This document shows, one piece after another, positions 1 to 8,710 of a stretch of DNA of 58,481 bases. The position numbers and the translations under genes are program-made. The stretch covers positions 1 to 58,481 of the forward strand of contig CAYOJI010000002.1 of NCBI GenBank assembly GCA_964404225.1, in the 5' to 3' direction. Source of the DNA: an uncultured Nitrospiraceae bacterium. GTDB taxonomy: Bacteria; Nitrospirota; Thermodesulfovibrionia; Thermodesulfovibrionales; SM23-35. The notes under the pieces are model-generated. The model had not been told where the DNA came from. It did no database searches and worked only from the letters and a program-made list of their open reading frames with translations. Positions within the stretch are counted from its first letter, which is position 1; every line of letters starts with the position of its first letter.

Positions 1-66
1 GAGCCATATCTCTTACTTTATGAAAGTTTGAAATATTTATTTCGGACAAATATGTATAGATTTCAT

Positions 67-95
67 TTGACAAAAAAGATTTTACTTTTTACAAT
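67..95 (+). promoter_or_regulatory. sigma-70-type promoter for the 131..706 gene
   Basis: TTGACA at 67-72 and TACAAT at 90-95 are separated by 17 nt. An AAAGGAG Shine-Dalgarno lies at 115-121, upstream of the ATG at 131. Confidence 0.55.
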
Positions 96-130
96 GCCAT
101 AAACTAAAAATCAGAAAGGAGTAAGGTTTT

Positions 131-706
131 ATGTTTAAAAAATCTTTATTTTTACTGCTGTTTATATTTTTGCTTTCCGGTGTGTCTTCAGCATTAGAGT
201 TTTCAGCAGACACAATAATGACTTTAAAAGGCCAAGGTAAAACAACTGGTAAAATATATTACAAATCTGACAAATTTAGGATGGATATAGAGTCGCCGGA
301 AAAGATGATTACAATTACTCGAATAGACAAAAAGGTAGTCTGGAATATTATGCCTGCTCAGAAAATGTATATGGAATTACCCCTAAATCTAAAAAATAAA
401 CCAATGGTGGAAGAAAAGTTTGAGGGAGAGATTGAAAGAAAATATATTGGCAAAGAAACGATAGACGGACATCCTACTAAGAAGTATCTTATAACATATA
501 AATATGGCAACAAGACAGATCAGGTTTATCAATGGTGGGCAACTGATATAAATTTTCCTGTAAAAACAGCAGCTACCGATAATTCATGGGTTCAGGAATA
601 TAAGAATGTAAAAATTAGCACACAGTCAAACGATTTGTTTGAGATACCTAAAGGTTATAAAAGATTCCAATTCCCTGGTGGTATGAATATGAAAGATTTC
701 AGATAG
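131..706 (+). CDS. Secreted LolA-like/DUF4412-like protein, function unknown
   Basis: 191-aa ORF with a hydrophobic N-terminal signal peptide (MFKKSLFLLLFIFLLSGVSSA), a good SD and a beta-rich composition. The family assignment is from memory only. Confidence 0.6.
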   Translation: MFKKSLFLLLFIFLLSGVSSALEFSADTIMTLKGQGKTTGKIYYKSDKFRMDIESPEKMITITRIDKKVVWNIMPAQKMYMELPLNLKNKPMVEEKFEGEIERKYIGKETIDGHPTKKYLITYKYGNKTDQVYQWWATDINFPVKTAATDNSWVQEYKNVKISTQSNDLFEIPKGYKRFQFPGGMNMKDFR

Positions 707-732
707 ATTTTTAGGTAAAGAAAGTAAGAATC

Positions 733-1740
733 ATGAGAGAAGCGATGTTTTATGAAAAACTTGAAGAAAAAAAAGTAAGGTGCTTTTTATGCGCTCATCA
801 CTGCATTATAAAAGAAGGTAAAAGGGGCATATGCTATGTCCGAAAAAATAATGATGGAATTCTGTACTCTCTTGTTTATGGTAAAGTTATCTCAATGAAT
901 ATTGACCCTATTGAAAAGAAGCCTCTTTTTCATTTTCTTCCTGGTTCAACCTCTTTTTCTATTGCAACCATAGGGTGTAATTTCCGATGTGAACATTGTC
1001 AGAATTTTGAGATTTCCCAATATCCCAAAGAACATGAAGATATTATAGGTCATTCTGTTACACCCGAAGACATTGTCGAGGCAGCAACCAATAATGGGTG
1101 TGAAAGCATCTCATATACTTACACAGAACCAACCATATTTTTTGAGTTTGCTTATGATTGCGCAAAACTTGCACATAAAAAAGGGATCAAGAATGTTTTT
1201 GTAAGTAATGGTTATACGAGTCCCGAAGCAACCAAGGCTATTGCTCCTTATCTTGATGGAAATAATATAGATCTTAAAGGAAATGATGATTTCTATAAAA
1301 AATTATGTGGTGCAAGAGTTAATCCGGTCAAAGAGACAATAAAGCTTATGAAAGAACTTGGTGTTTGGGTCGAGGTAACCACTTTAATCATCCCTGATTA
1401 TAATGATTCTGAAGATGATCTAAAAGAGATAGCCGAATTTATTTATTCTGTTGATCCTTCTATCCCGTGGCACGTAACCCAATTTTATCCAACATATAAA
1501 CTGACGGATAAACCACGAACGCCCATCCAGACATTACGCAAGGCAAGGGAAATCGGATTCAAAGCAGGACTTAAATATGTTTATGAAGGCAATGTACCGG
1601 GAGAGGGTGGAGAAAATACTTTTTGTCCTAATTGTAAGGAACTTCTTATAAAACGTTTTGGGTTTAGAATAATAGAAAATAAAATAATCCATGGAAAATG
1701 TAGTAAATGTGGCATCTCAATTGATGGAGTATGGGAGTAA
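733..1740 (+). CDS. amrS: AmmeMemoRadiSam-system radical SAM enzyme (PflA-like activase family)
   Basis: Has the CNFRCEHCQN radical-SAM CxxxCxxC motif, an N-terminal Cys cluster (CFLCAHHC) and a C-terminal CPNC...CSKC zinc-ribbon-like pair, all typical of this family. Confidence 0.8.
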   Translation: MREAMFYEKLEEKKVRCFLCAHHCIIKEGKRGICYVRKNNDGILYSLVYGKVISMNIDPIEKKPLFHFLPGSTSFSIATIGCNFRCEHCQNFEISQYPKEHEDIIGHSVTPEDIVEAATNNGCESISYTYTEPTIFFEFAYDCAKLAHKKGIKNVFVSNGYTSPEATKAIAPYLDGNNIDLKGNDDFYKKLCGARVNPVKETIKLMKELGVWVEVTTLIIPDYNDSEDDLKEIAEFIYSVDPSIPWHVTQFYPTYKLTDKPRTPIQTLRKAREIGFKAGLKYVYEGNVPGEGGENTFCPNCKELLIKRFGFRIIENKIIHGKCSKCGISIDGVWE

Positions 1741-1741
1741 T

Positions 1742-2185
1742 TCAAAGAGTTAACATCATTAAAGCAGCGTCTTCTTCTGGACATTGGTAATAATCCCTCC
1801 TAATCCCTACAACCTTAAATCCTAATTTTTCATAAAATTTTCTGGCACCAAAACTTGATACTCTTACCTCAAGATATACAAATTTACAGCCTTTGTCTTT
1901 CAATTCTTTTAATACTTCTTTCATAAGCCTTGTACCGATTCCTTGTCGTCTGAATTCCGGGTGAGTAGCAAGATTTAATATATGTCCTTCATTTACAATT
2001 AGGTTTGCGCAGATATATCCCACAAGATTATCTTTTAACAAAGCGACTTTGGTCAAGGCATAGGGTTTATAAATTTCATTCAGAAAGGCATTTTCGCTCC
2101 AAGGTGTAGAAAAAGACATCCGTTCGATTTTCATGATATTTGGAATATCTTTTTCGGCCATTTTACGTATTATAATCTCATCCAT
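1742..2185 (-). CDS. rimI: Ribosomal-protein-alanine N-acetyltransferase (GNAT)
   Basis: GNAT acetyl-CoA motif RRQGIGTRLM. It overlaps and follows tsaB, which is the classical tsaB-rimI arrangement. Confidence 0.8.
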   Translation of the reverse strand: MDEIIIRKMAEKDIPNIMKIERMSFSTPWSENAFLNEIYKPYALTKVALLKDNLVGYICANLIVNEGHILNLATHPEFRRQGIGTRLMKEVLKELKDKGCKFVYLEVRVSSFGARKFYEKLGFKVVGIRRDYYQCPEEDAALMMLTL

Positions 2186-2876
2186 ATAGTTTAATCTCTG
2201 CCTCTGATCGCCTTAAATAAAATGGAACGAGTCTTATTGGGTCTGTAAACTCACCCTGTAATGCCTTTTTTATTCCAAGCGAGGCAACATTGGAAGGCGA
2301 TGGTATCATTTTGTCTGGTGGAGCAAATATGGCCCTCGAGCCCATTGCCTTTATTATTTTATCTCTATAAATAAGAGAACCATCTCCTGTAAAAATAATT
2401 TTTTCATTACTAAAGGTATTTATTTTTTCTATTAGTTCTTCGACTTTTATCGATATTTCACTTATTATTCGATGAAATTCTGCTTTGTCCCATATAAATA
2501 GTGCAGTGTAAACCTCTTTTTTTCTTGCATCCAGCATCGGACAAACAGGGAATTGAGAGTATGGGAAGTGCCATGCAAAAGCCTCAAGTGTAGGTACCGA
2601 AACAATTGGTTTTCCTGTAGCAAATGAAAAACCTTTTACCGAACTCAAACCAATCCTTAAGCCAGTAAAAGACCCAGGCCCGATCGAGATCGCAAATACA
2701 TCTATATCATTTATATTTAATGAGGTCTGTTTTAAGATATGATCCAATTCAATCATAAGGCGCTCAGAATGTGTTGCCTTCACATTAAATCTTATCTCTG
2801 CAAATAATCCTGACAAATCATCAATAAGGGCTATACCACCCAGCATTGTAGCAGTTTCTATTGCGAGAATTTTCAT
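2178..2876 (-). CDS. tsaB: tRNA t6A37 threonylcarbamoyl transfer protein TsaB (YeaZ)
   Basis: The N-terminus MKILAIETAT....GIAL and the GPGSFTGLRIG motif are characteristic of TsaB. Confidence 0.85.
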   Translation of the reverse strand: MKILAIETATMLGGIALIDDLSGLFAEIRFNVKATHSERLMIELDHILKQTSLNINDIDVFAISIGPGSFTGLRIGLSSVKGFSFATGKPIVSVPTLEAFAWHFPYSQFPVCPMLDARKKEVYTALFIWDKAEFHRIISEISIKVEELIEKINTFSNEKIIFTGDGSLIYRDKIIKAMGSRAIFAPPDKMIPSPSNVASLGIKKALQGEFTDPIRLVPFYLRRSEAEIKLYG

Positions 2877-2934
2877 GTTTAAGCCTAATATATAACCGAT
2901 TGTTTTTCAAGTATTATATAGTATATCTTTATAA

Positions 2935-3567
2935 ATGGAACAAAATCTTGGAGTATTTCTTATTTCAGCAATAGTAATATCTCTTTCAGGTGTCCTATCA
3001 CCAGGACCTATGACTGTAGCAGCCATTCAGCAGGGTGGGAGATCTAAACTTACAGGGCTGTATATTGCTTTTGGTCATGGTGTTGTTGAAATACCCCTAA
3101 TTATATTGATATTTCTCGGTGCTGATATCATTTTAAAATTAGATTGGATAAGAATATTAATAGGTATTGCGGGTGGAATTTATCTTATGTTCATCGGTAA
3201 AAATTTGCTTTTCATTAAAAATAACAAAGATGTTTACCAAAATAATAAAACCCGTTCTTCTTTTTATTCTGGCATACTCTTGAGTATCGGAAATCCTTAT
3301 TTCCTTTTATGGTGGGGGACAATAGGTGCAGGACTTGTTTTTAGTGCTTTAAAGTTCGGGCTAATAGGTTTATTTTTATTCTCCCTACTACACTGGTTAT
3401 GTGATGTTATATGGTACGGTTTTATCTCTATAGCTTCTTTTAAAGGGACAAAGCTATTGGGTGAAGGAGTCTATAAAAAAATAAGTATCTTATGTGGTAT
3501 TGCTATGTTTTTTTATGCAGGAGTTTTTATCGTAAATTCATTAACTCAAATAATGCAGATTTTGTGA
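2935..3567 (+). CDS. LysE/RhtB-family amino-acid exporter
   Basis: 210-aa polytopic membrane protein with the PGP motif near the N-terminus (SPGPMTV), typical of the LysE family. Confidence 0.7.
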   Translation: MEQNLGVFLISAIVISLSGVLSPGPMTVAAIQQGGRSKLTGLYIAFGHGVVEIPLIILIFLGADIILKLDWIRILIGIAGGIYLMFIGKNLLFIKNNKDVYQNNKTRSSFYSGILLSIGNPYFLLWWGTIGAGLVFSALKFGLIGLFLFSLLHWLCDVIWYGFISIASFKGTKLLGEGVYKKISILCGIAMFFYAGVFIVNSLTQIMQIL

Positions 3568-3600
3568 AAATTTATTTTTTTCGATCTCTTAATGTACCTT
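3551..3600 (+). repeat. Dispersed repeat copy A; near-identical copy at 37301..37350
   Basis: TAATGCAGAT-TTTGTGAAAA-TTTATTTTT..CTTAATGTAC is shared with 37301..37350. Copy A includes the last codons and the stop of the LysE-family gene. Confidence 0.6.
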
Positions 3601-3655
3601 AAAAATTTTTGTCCGTTAAATTTATCTACCGATAAACTATCGGAGTTTATACACC

Positions 3656-3862
3656 TCATGCACCTCCATATCCAATTGTTACATTCCCCTTTTCGATAAT
3701 GACGGGAACTTTTCGAATACCATTTGAATATTTAAGCATTTCTTCAAGTTTAGAAATATCAGTCCTGACATCGAAATATTGCGCCCTGTCTCCATAGGCT
3801 CGCCTAGCCCTTTCTGTAAAGGGTCAACCTTCTTTCCCATATATAATTACCTTCTCAGACAT
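3656..3862 (-). CDS. Glutaredoxin-like (thioredoxin-fold) selenoprotein, 68 codons, with in-frame TGA (Sec) at codon 13
   Basis: AAGGAGGG SD lies 5 nt upstream of the ATG at 3862. Translation is MSEKVIIYGKEG-U-PFTERARRAYGDRAQYFDVRTDISKLEEMLKYSNGIRKVPVIIEKGNVTIGYGGA. The TGA (3826..3824) sits exactly where glutaredoxins carry the first Cys of CPxC/CPxS. The downstream VPVI...G..IGYGG matches the Grx cis-Pro/GG region. Read as a stop, the TGA gives only a 12-aa peptide. Confidence 0.75.
3796..3826 (-). promoter_or_regulatory. Candidate bacterial SECIS element downstream of the UGA
   Basis: The mRNA reads UGA-CCCUUU-ACAG-AAAGGG (a 6-bp hairpin directly after UGA). An overlapping alternative is GGGCU-AGGCG-AGCCU, with a G-rich apical loop about 18 nt after the UGA. 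Confidence 0.45.
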
Positions 3863-3897
3863 GATAACCCTCCTTCATATTCGAATTGAATGTTTAT

Positions 3898-4770
3898 TTA
3901 AGTTGATAAATATCTTTTAGGATTTTTAGTTATACATTTCATTATAGCCTTTTCATCAAATCCATTGGCTATTAGCCATTTTGATGATTCTGTAACAGTC
4001 ATACAGCCACCCAAAAGTTTTTTCTCAGAATCTTTAATAGCTTGTATTTTGGGTGATATTTTTGTCTCCTTTACCGAATCTGAAACTATAATAATTTTCT
4101 CGTTATTTTTTATCTTGAAAATCATTTCGAGGGTTTTTAGATGGATATGATATGGGTCTGCAATTATTTCGATATATATGTCCTGGTTTATAATTCCGAA
4201 TCCTGCTATCCCCGGTTCTCTATGATGGAATCCGCGCATCGCATTAAATATATGAGTAATGCCCTTTGCCCCTGCACGAAAACCAGCCTCTGCTTCATTA
4301 TAGGTAGCTTCAGAGTGTCCCATGCTAACTATAATACCCTTATCAGAAGCCTTTTTAATAAGTTTTAGAGAATTATTTAATTCAGGTGCTATAGTTATTA
4401 TCTTTATTATATCTTCAAAGCCATTTATCAATTTTTCAAGATTGTAGAGATTCGGTTCGATAAATGAGGCGGGGGATAACGAACCACATTTTGAAGGATT
4501 AAGGAACGGACCTTCAAGATATATTCCCAAAATTTTTGCCTCCCGCGATTTAGATTTTTTATTTTGAAGTTCCATTGCTTTCCTAACTGTTTTCATATTT
4601 TCTCTCATCTCTTTTATCGAGGAAGGATATATGGAGAGAATGATTTCAGAAACACCGGATATACCCTGTAATTCAGCGATCTTTTGTATTGCATTTTCAC
4701 TGGTAGCCTTTGTATCATAACCGCCTACTCCATGACTATGGATATCAATAATTTTCATTAAGCCTGCCAT
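3898..4770 (-). CDS. nagA: N-acetylglucosamine-6-phosphate deacetylase-like amidohydrolase, short form
   Basis: IDIHSHGVGG metal-binding start and the GHSEATY....GAKGITHIFNAMRGFHHREPGIAG block match NagA. The N-terminal beta-sandwich of canonical NagA appears to be absent. Confidence 0.65.
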   Translation of the reverse strand: MAGLMKIIDIHSHGVGGYDTKATSENAIQKIAELQGISGVSEIILSIYPSSIKEMRENMKTVRKAMELQNKKSKSREAKILGIYLEGPFLNPSKCGSLSPASFIEPNLYNLEKLINGFEDIIKIITIAPELNNSLKLIKKASDKGIIVSMGHSEATYNEAEAGFRAGAKGITHIFNAMRGFHHREPGIAGFGIINQDIYIEIIADPYHIHLKTLEMIFKIKNNEKIIIVSDSVKETKISPKIQAIKDSEKKLLGGCMTVTESSKWLIANGFDEKAIMKCITKNPKRYLST

Positions 4771-4777
4771 CTTAATT

Positions 4778-5578
4778 TTGCTTTTTTGTTATCATACCAT
4801 AGAGGGGGTTATAGTAAAAAAATTGTTAAGAAAACATAAAGAAGAAAAAATTATTATAGGTAGGTTTTCAAAGGAAACATTAGATTCTTTTTTATATCAA
4901 GCCTCCGAAATCAAAGACGTTGGTATGAGAATAGATTTCATTTCCAGTCAATTTAAGGGGGTAGATTATAAAGAATCAACCTTGATTGGTGATATAAATA
5001 CGTCTGAGGTTTTTGTCATAAATTTAGAAGAAGTTGATTGCTTCACATTCCTCGATTACATTGAAGCGATGCGGTTATCGGGTTCATTTACTGAATTTAA
5101 AGAGAACCTAAAAAAAGTAAGATATAAAGCAGGGATCGTTTCTTTCAAGAATAGAAATCATTTTTTTATAGACTGGCGAGAATTCAATTCACATATTGTG
5201 AGTGATGTCACAAAGGAGATAGGGTGTGAAAAGACTGTGGAGATTCAAAAAATGATCAACCTAAAAGAAGATGGAACGCTTTTTTTAGAAGGAATCGAAC
5301 CCTTTCAGCGCGAAATACATTACATTCCTTCAGGAGCAATTAATATCTCAATAATCGATAAGTTAAAAACTGGGGATTATATAGGGATATATTCTCATGA
5401 AAAAGGTCTTGATGTTTCACATGTAGGAATTATCATAAGATATAAAGATAACATCTACTTAAGACACGCCTCTTCTCAAAAAGAATATAGGAAAGTAGTT
5501 GATCAAGGCTTCGAGGATTATATATTAGATAAGCCAGGAATAATTATTTTAAGGCCTAAGTTATTTTCTGCTTTCTAA
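4778..5578 (+). CDS. DUF1460-family protein (amidase-like, peptidoglycan-recycling associated)
   Basis: 266-aa ORF, convergent with and slightly overlapping ampG. The family call is from remembered DUF1460 features. The start codon is uncertain (TTG in the track). Confidence 0.5.
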   Translation: MLFCYHTIEGVIVKKLLRKHKEEKIIIGRFSKETLDSFLYQASEIKDVGMRIDFISSQFKGVDYKESTLIGDINTSEVFVINLEEVDCFTFLDYIEAMRLSGSFTEFKENLKKVRYKAGIVSFKNRNHFFIDWREFNSHIVSDVTKEIGCEKTVEIQKMINLKEDGTLFLEGIEPFQREIHYIPSGAINISIIDKLKTGDYIGIYSHEKGLDVSHVGIIIRYKDNIYLRHASSQKEYRKVVDQGFEDYILDKPGIIILRPKLFSAF

Positions 5579-6808
5579 CCTTATTATTACCTCTTTCAAT
5601 TTATATAAAATCAATATACCTGGTAATGCTGTTAAAAAAGTGACGAAAAAGAAAATCGGCCAACCTACTGTTTCTACGAGAAAGCCGGATGTAGGTGAAA
5701 TAAATATTCTGCCAATTGCGGCGATAGAAGATAATAATGCATATTGTGTTGCTGAATACCGGTGGTCACACAGTGTCATGAGGAGTGATACAAAGGCTGA
5801 TGTTCCCATTCCACCAGTGAAATTTTCGAATCCCACTGTAAAGATGAACATCAAATAGCTTTTACCTATAAAGGCTAAAATCATAAATGAAAGATTTGAT
5901 ATAGCCTGTAAAACACCAAAAAATAATAAAGAGCGAAATAGTCCAAGACGCACCATTAGTGTTCCTCCAAACATTGCGCCGATTATTAGCGAAGCAAAGC
6001 CAAATCCTTTGTTAATTGCCCCTACTTCTCCCACAGTAAATCCGATTCCTCTTAGAAAGAAAGCCGTAGTTAGCGCACCTGCATAAGCATCACCTATTTT
6101 GTACAGCACTATTAGCAATAATAATGATAAGGCAGATTTTCTCGAGAAATATTCCTTCATTGGTCCGACAATAGCTTCGGAAAGACTCTTTGGTGGTGTG
6201 ATTTTCTCATCAGGCTCATTACCAAAAATTGTTGATATTACGCCGATAAATATTAATCCAGCCATTAATAAATAGGTATTTCTCCAACCTATTTTTTCAG
6301 ATAATATGAGGGCCATTGCGCCTGATACGAGTATCGCTATTCTGTATCCCATAACAAAAACGGCAGCACCCACCCCTCTTTCTTTTTCATTGAGAATATC
6401 TGTTCTATAGGCATCAATAACTATATCCTGTGAAGAAGAGACAAAAGCAACGAATAGGGCAATGACGGCTAATAGAAATGGTGAATATAGCGGCGAATTA
6501 AATGCCATTGCTGATATGCCTACAATCAAACATAGCTGGGTAATAATTATCCAGCCCCTTCTACGTCCGAGCAATGGTGGAACGAAACGATCCATTAATG
6601 GTGACCATAAGAATTTTATAGTATAAGGTAGTCCTATGAGGGTAAAAATTCCGATTGTTCGCAAATCAACACCAGTAACCGTCATCCATGCCTGTAAAGT
6701 ACTACTTGTTAATGAAAGGGGTAATCCCGAAGAAAATCCAAGAAATGTTATGATAGCTATGCTACGTTGTCTAAAAACCCGATAATAAGGAGATATATCG
6801 ATTTTCAA
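5561..6808 (-). CDS. ampG: AmpG-family muropeptide MFS permease
   Basis: 415-aa MFS protein with the LGFSSGLPL and RRRGW motifs typical of AmpG. Confidence 0.85.
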   Translation of the reverse strand: MKIDISPYYRVFRQRSIAIITFLGFSSGLPLSLTSSTLQAWMTVTGVDLRTIGIFTLIGLPYTIKFLWSPLMDRFVPPLLGRRRGWIIITQLCLIVGISAMAFNSPLYSPFLLAVIALFVAFVSSSQDIVIDAYRTDILNEKERGVGAAVFVMGYRIAILVSGAMALILSEKIGWRNTYLLMAGLIFIGVISTIFGNEPDEKITPPKSLSEAIVGPMKEYFSRKSALSLLLLIVLYKIGDAYAGALTTAFFLRGIGFTVGEVGAINKGFGFASLIIGAMFGGTLMVRLGLFRSLLFFGVLQAISNLSFMILAFIGKSYLMFIFTVGFENFTGGMGTSAFVSLLMTLCDHRYSATQYALLSSIAAIGRIFISPTSGFLVETVGWPIFFFVTFLTALPGILILYKLKEVIIRLESRK

Positions 6809-6927
6809 TTTTTTCCCTTAATCATCTTTAGATAGTATTATATCTGAATCTTTTATAACAGGAATATATTAAATGCTTTATAATGTATAAAAGGCTTCTT
6901 ATTAATTTAGATTTGACCGGAGTAAAG

Positions 6928-7554
6928 ATAATGAAGTCTTTAAGATATTCACTAAAATCATTTAAAGAGCTTAAAGGGATTGTTGAATGCATAAATAAAG
7001 AAAGTTTAAAGGGGATAGAAAATCATAATGATAAGACAGATGAAGAAATATTCCGTGAAGCTATGGCTGATGTTAAGGAGATAAAAGAGTTTAGAGAAAT
7101 AATTCCCAAAAAGCCCAAAATCAAACTTCCTCATCGGGTAGAAGAGGATTCATTTAGAATCTTGAAGCAGATTGTGAATGGAGAAAGAAAAATCAAATTG
7201 TCTGATACAGGAGAATATATTGAATGGGTAAGTCCAAATATCAGGAAGGATATAGCTCAAAGACTTCACGATGGGCTTTTTTCTGTTCAAGATTTCATCG
7301 ATTTGCACGGTATGACAATAAATGAAGCAAAGGAGGAATTTAGTAAATTCTTAAAAGAGGCTATTAGAAAACATTTATTCTGCGTTAAGGTAATACATGG
7401 AAGGGGACTTAGATCTCCAAGAGGTCCTGTTTTAAAAGAGGCCTTAAAAAAATGGCTTCATGGAACTTTCAGAAGGTGGGTAGTAGCCTACTCCTCAGCG
7501 AAGGATTGTGATGGTGGATTAGGTGCTACATATATAATTTTAAAAACACGATGA
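6928..7554 (+). CDS. Smr-domain protein (MutS2 C-terminal nuclease-like)
   Basis: Has the C-terminal DLHGMT...A......F.......VKVIHGRG Smr motif. I place the start at ATG 6928 (GGAG SD upstream), because the track start at 6883 lies inside a TATAAT box. Confidence 0.75.
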   Translation: MMKSLRYSLKSFKELKGIVECINKESLKGIENHNDKTDEEIFREAMADVKEIKEFREIIPKKPKIKLPHRVEEDSFRILKQIVNGERKIKLSDTGEYIEWVSPNIRKDIAQRLHDGLFSVQDFIDLHGMTINEAKEEFSKFLKEAIRKHLFCVKVIHGRGLRSPRGPVLKEALKKWLHGTFRRWVVAYSSAKDCDGGLGATYIILKTR

Positions 7555-7952
7555 TGATGAATCCAATAAGAATAAGGGTTTATTATGAGGATACAGACGC
7601 AGGCGGGGTTGTGTATTATGCAAATTATCTTAGATTTATGGAACGTGCAAGAACTGAATTTTTAAGGGATTACGGCATAGATGTGGCGAAATATCATGAG
7701 GAAGGACATTTTTTTGTTGTTGTTCATGTGGATATAAATTACAGGCATCCTGCGCGTCTTGGAGACCTTATAAAGGTAACTACAGAAATAATAGAGATAA
7801 CAAACGCCTCAATTACACTGAGGCACGAAATTTTTAAAGAAGATATCCTTCTTGTTGAGGCAAAAATTAAGATAGCTTATATTAATAATAAAGGAAGACC
7901 GCAAAGATTACCCGAAGAACTCAGAAAATTAGAAGATTATGTTAGTAGATGA
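7551..7952 (+). CDS. ybgC: YbgC/4HBT-family acyl-CoA thioesterase
   Basis: VYYEDTDAGGVVYYANYLRFMERARTEFLR is the hotdog-fold 4HBT signature. Confidence 0.8.
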   Translation: MMMNPIRIRVYYEDTDAGGVVYYANYLRFMERARTEFLRDYGIDVAKYHEEGHFFVVVHVDINYRHPARLGDLIKVTTEIIEITNASITLRHEIFKEDILLVEAKIKIAYINNKGRPQRLPEELRKLEDYVSR

Positions 7953-8613
7953 TGATAAAAACTTAATAAAGGTCTTTATTTCTGATGATCATGCTATTAT
8001 CAGAGAGGGTCTCCGATTGTTGCTTGAATCTCGGCTTGATATAAAGGTAATAGGAGAGGCTGAAAATGGGCGGGAGACTGTCATAAATGTTCAAGGATTA
8101 CGTCCTGACATTGTAATTTTGGATATTGCAATGCCCGAGCTGAATGGGATAGAAGCTACTCGCCTAATCAAGAAGAGATGTTCTCATACAGAGGTTATTA
8201 TATTATCAATGTATGCTTCAATGGAGGTTATTTTTCAGGCTTTTCGAGCAGGAGCACTCGGTTATATATTGAAAGAGTCAGTGGGTGCAGAGATTATTAA
8301 TGCTGTTTCTGCAGTAAATAGAGGCGTGCGCTATATATCCAAAAAAATTGATGAGATTATGGTCGAAAACTATATAAATAAGCGTTTAAAATTAGATAGA
8401 GTAAGTCCTTTCGAAAGCTTAAGTTATCGTGAAAGGGAGGTACTACAGCTTGTTGTGGAGGGAAAGTCAAGTGTTGAAATAGCTAAATCCCTGTCGCTTT
8501 CACCTAAAACAGTTGAGACTTATCGAAGTCGACTTATGCATAAGCTTGGAATAAAAGACCTACCGAGTCTTGTGAAATTTGCAGTCCAACATGGTTTAAC
8601 AACACCTGATTAA
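7939..8613 (+). CDS. NarL/LuxR-family response regulator (REC + HTH_LuxR)
   Basis: REC domain with DD...D (ILDIAMPELNG) and a C-terminal LuxR HTH (REREVLQLVVEGKSSVEIAKSLSLSPKTVETYR). Confidence 0.85.
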   Translation: MLVDDDKNLIKVFISDDHAIIREGLRLLLESRLDIKVIGEAENGRETVINVQGLRPDIVILDIAMPELNGIEATRLIKKRCSHTEVIILSMYASMEVIFQAFRAGALGYILKESVGAEIINAVSAVNRGVRYISKKIDEIMVENYINKRLKLDRVSPFESLSYREREVLQLVVEGKSSVEIAKSLSLSPKTVETYRSRLMHKLGIKDLPSLVKFAVQHGLTTPD

Positions 8614-8710
8614 TTTAATTAGTAGTATATTTTTGATAATCTCTTTTTCGATGAGCTTCTTATGTAGGAAGGGTTGACTTTATAGATTAACGATTTTTAT
8701 TATTTTTTAT

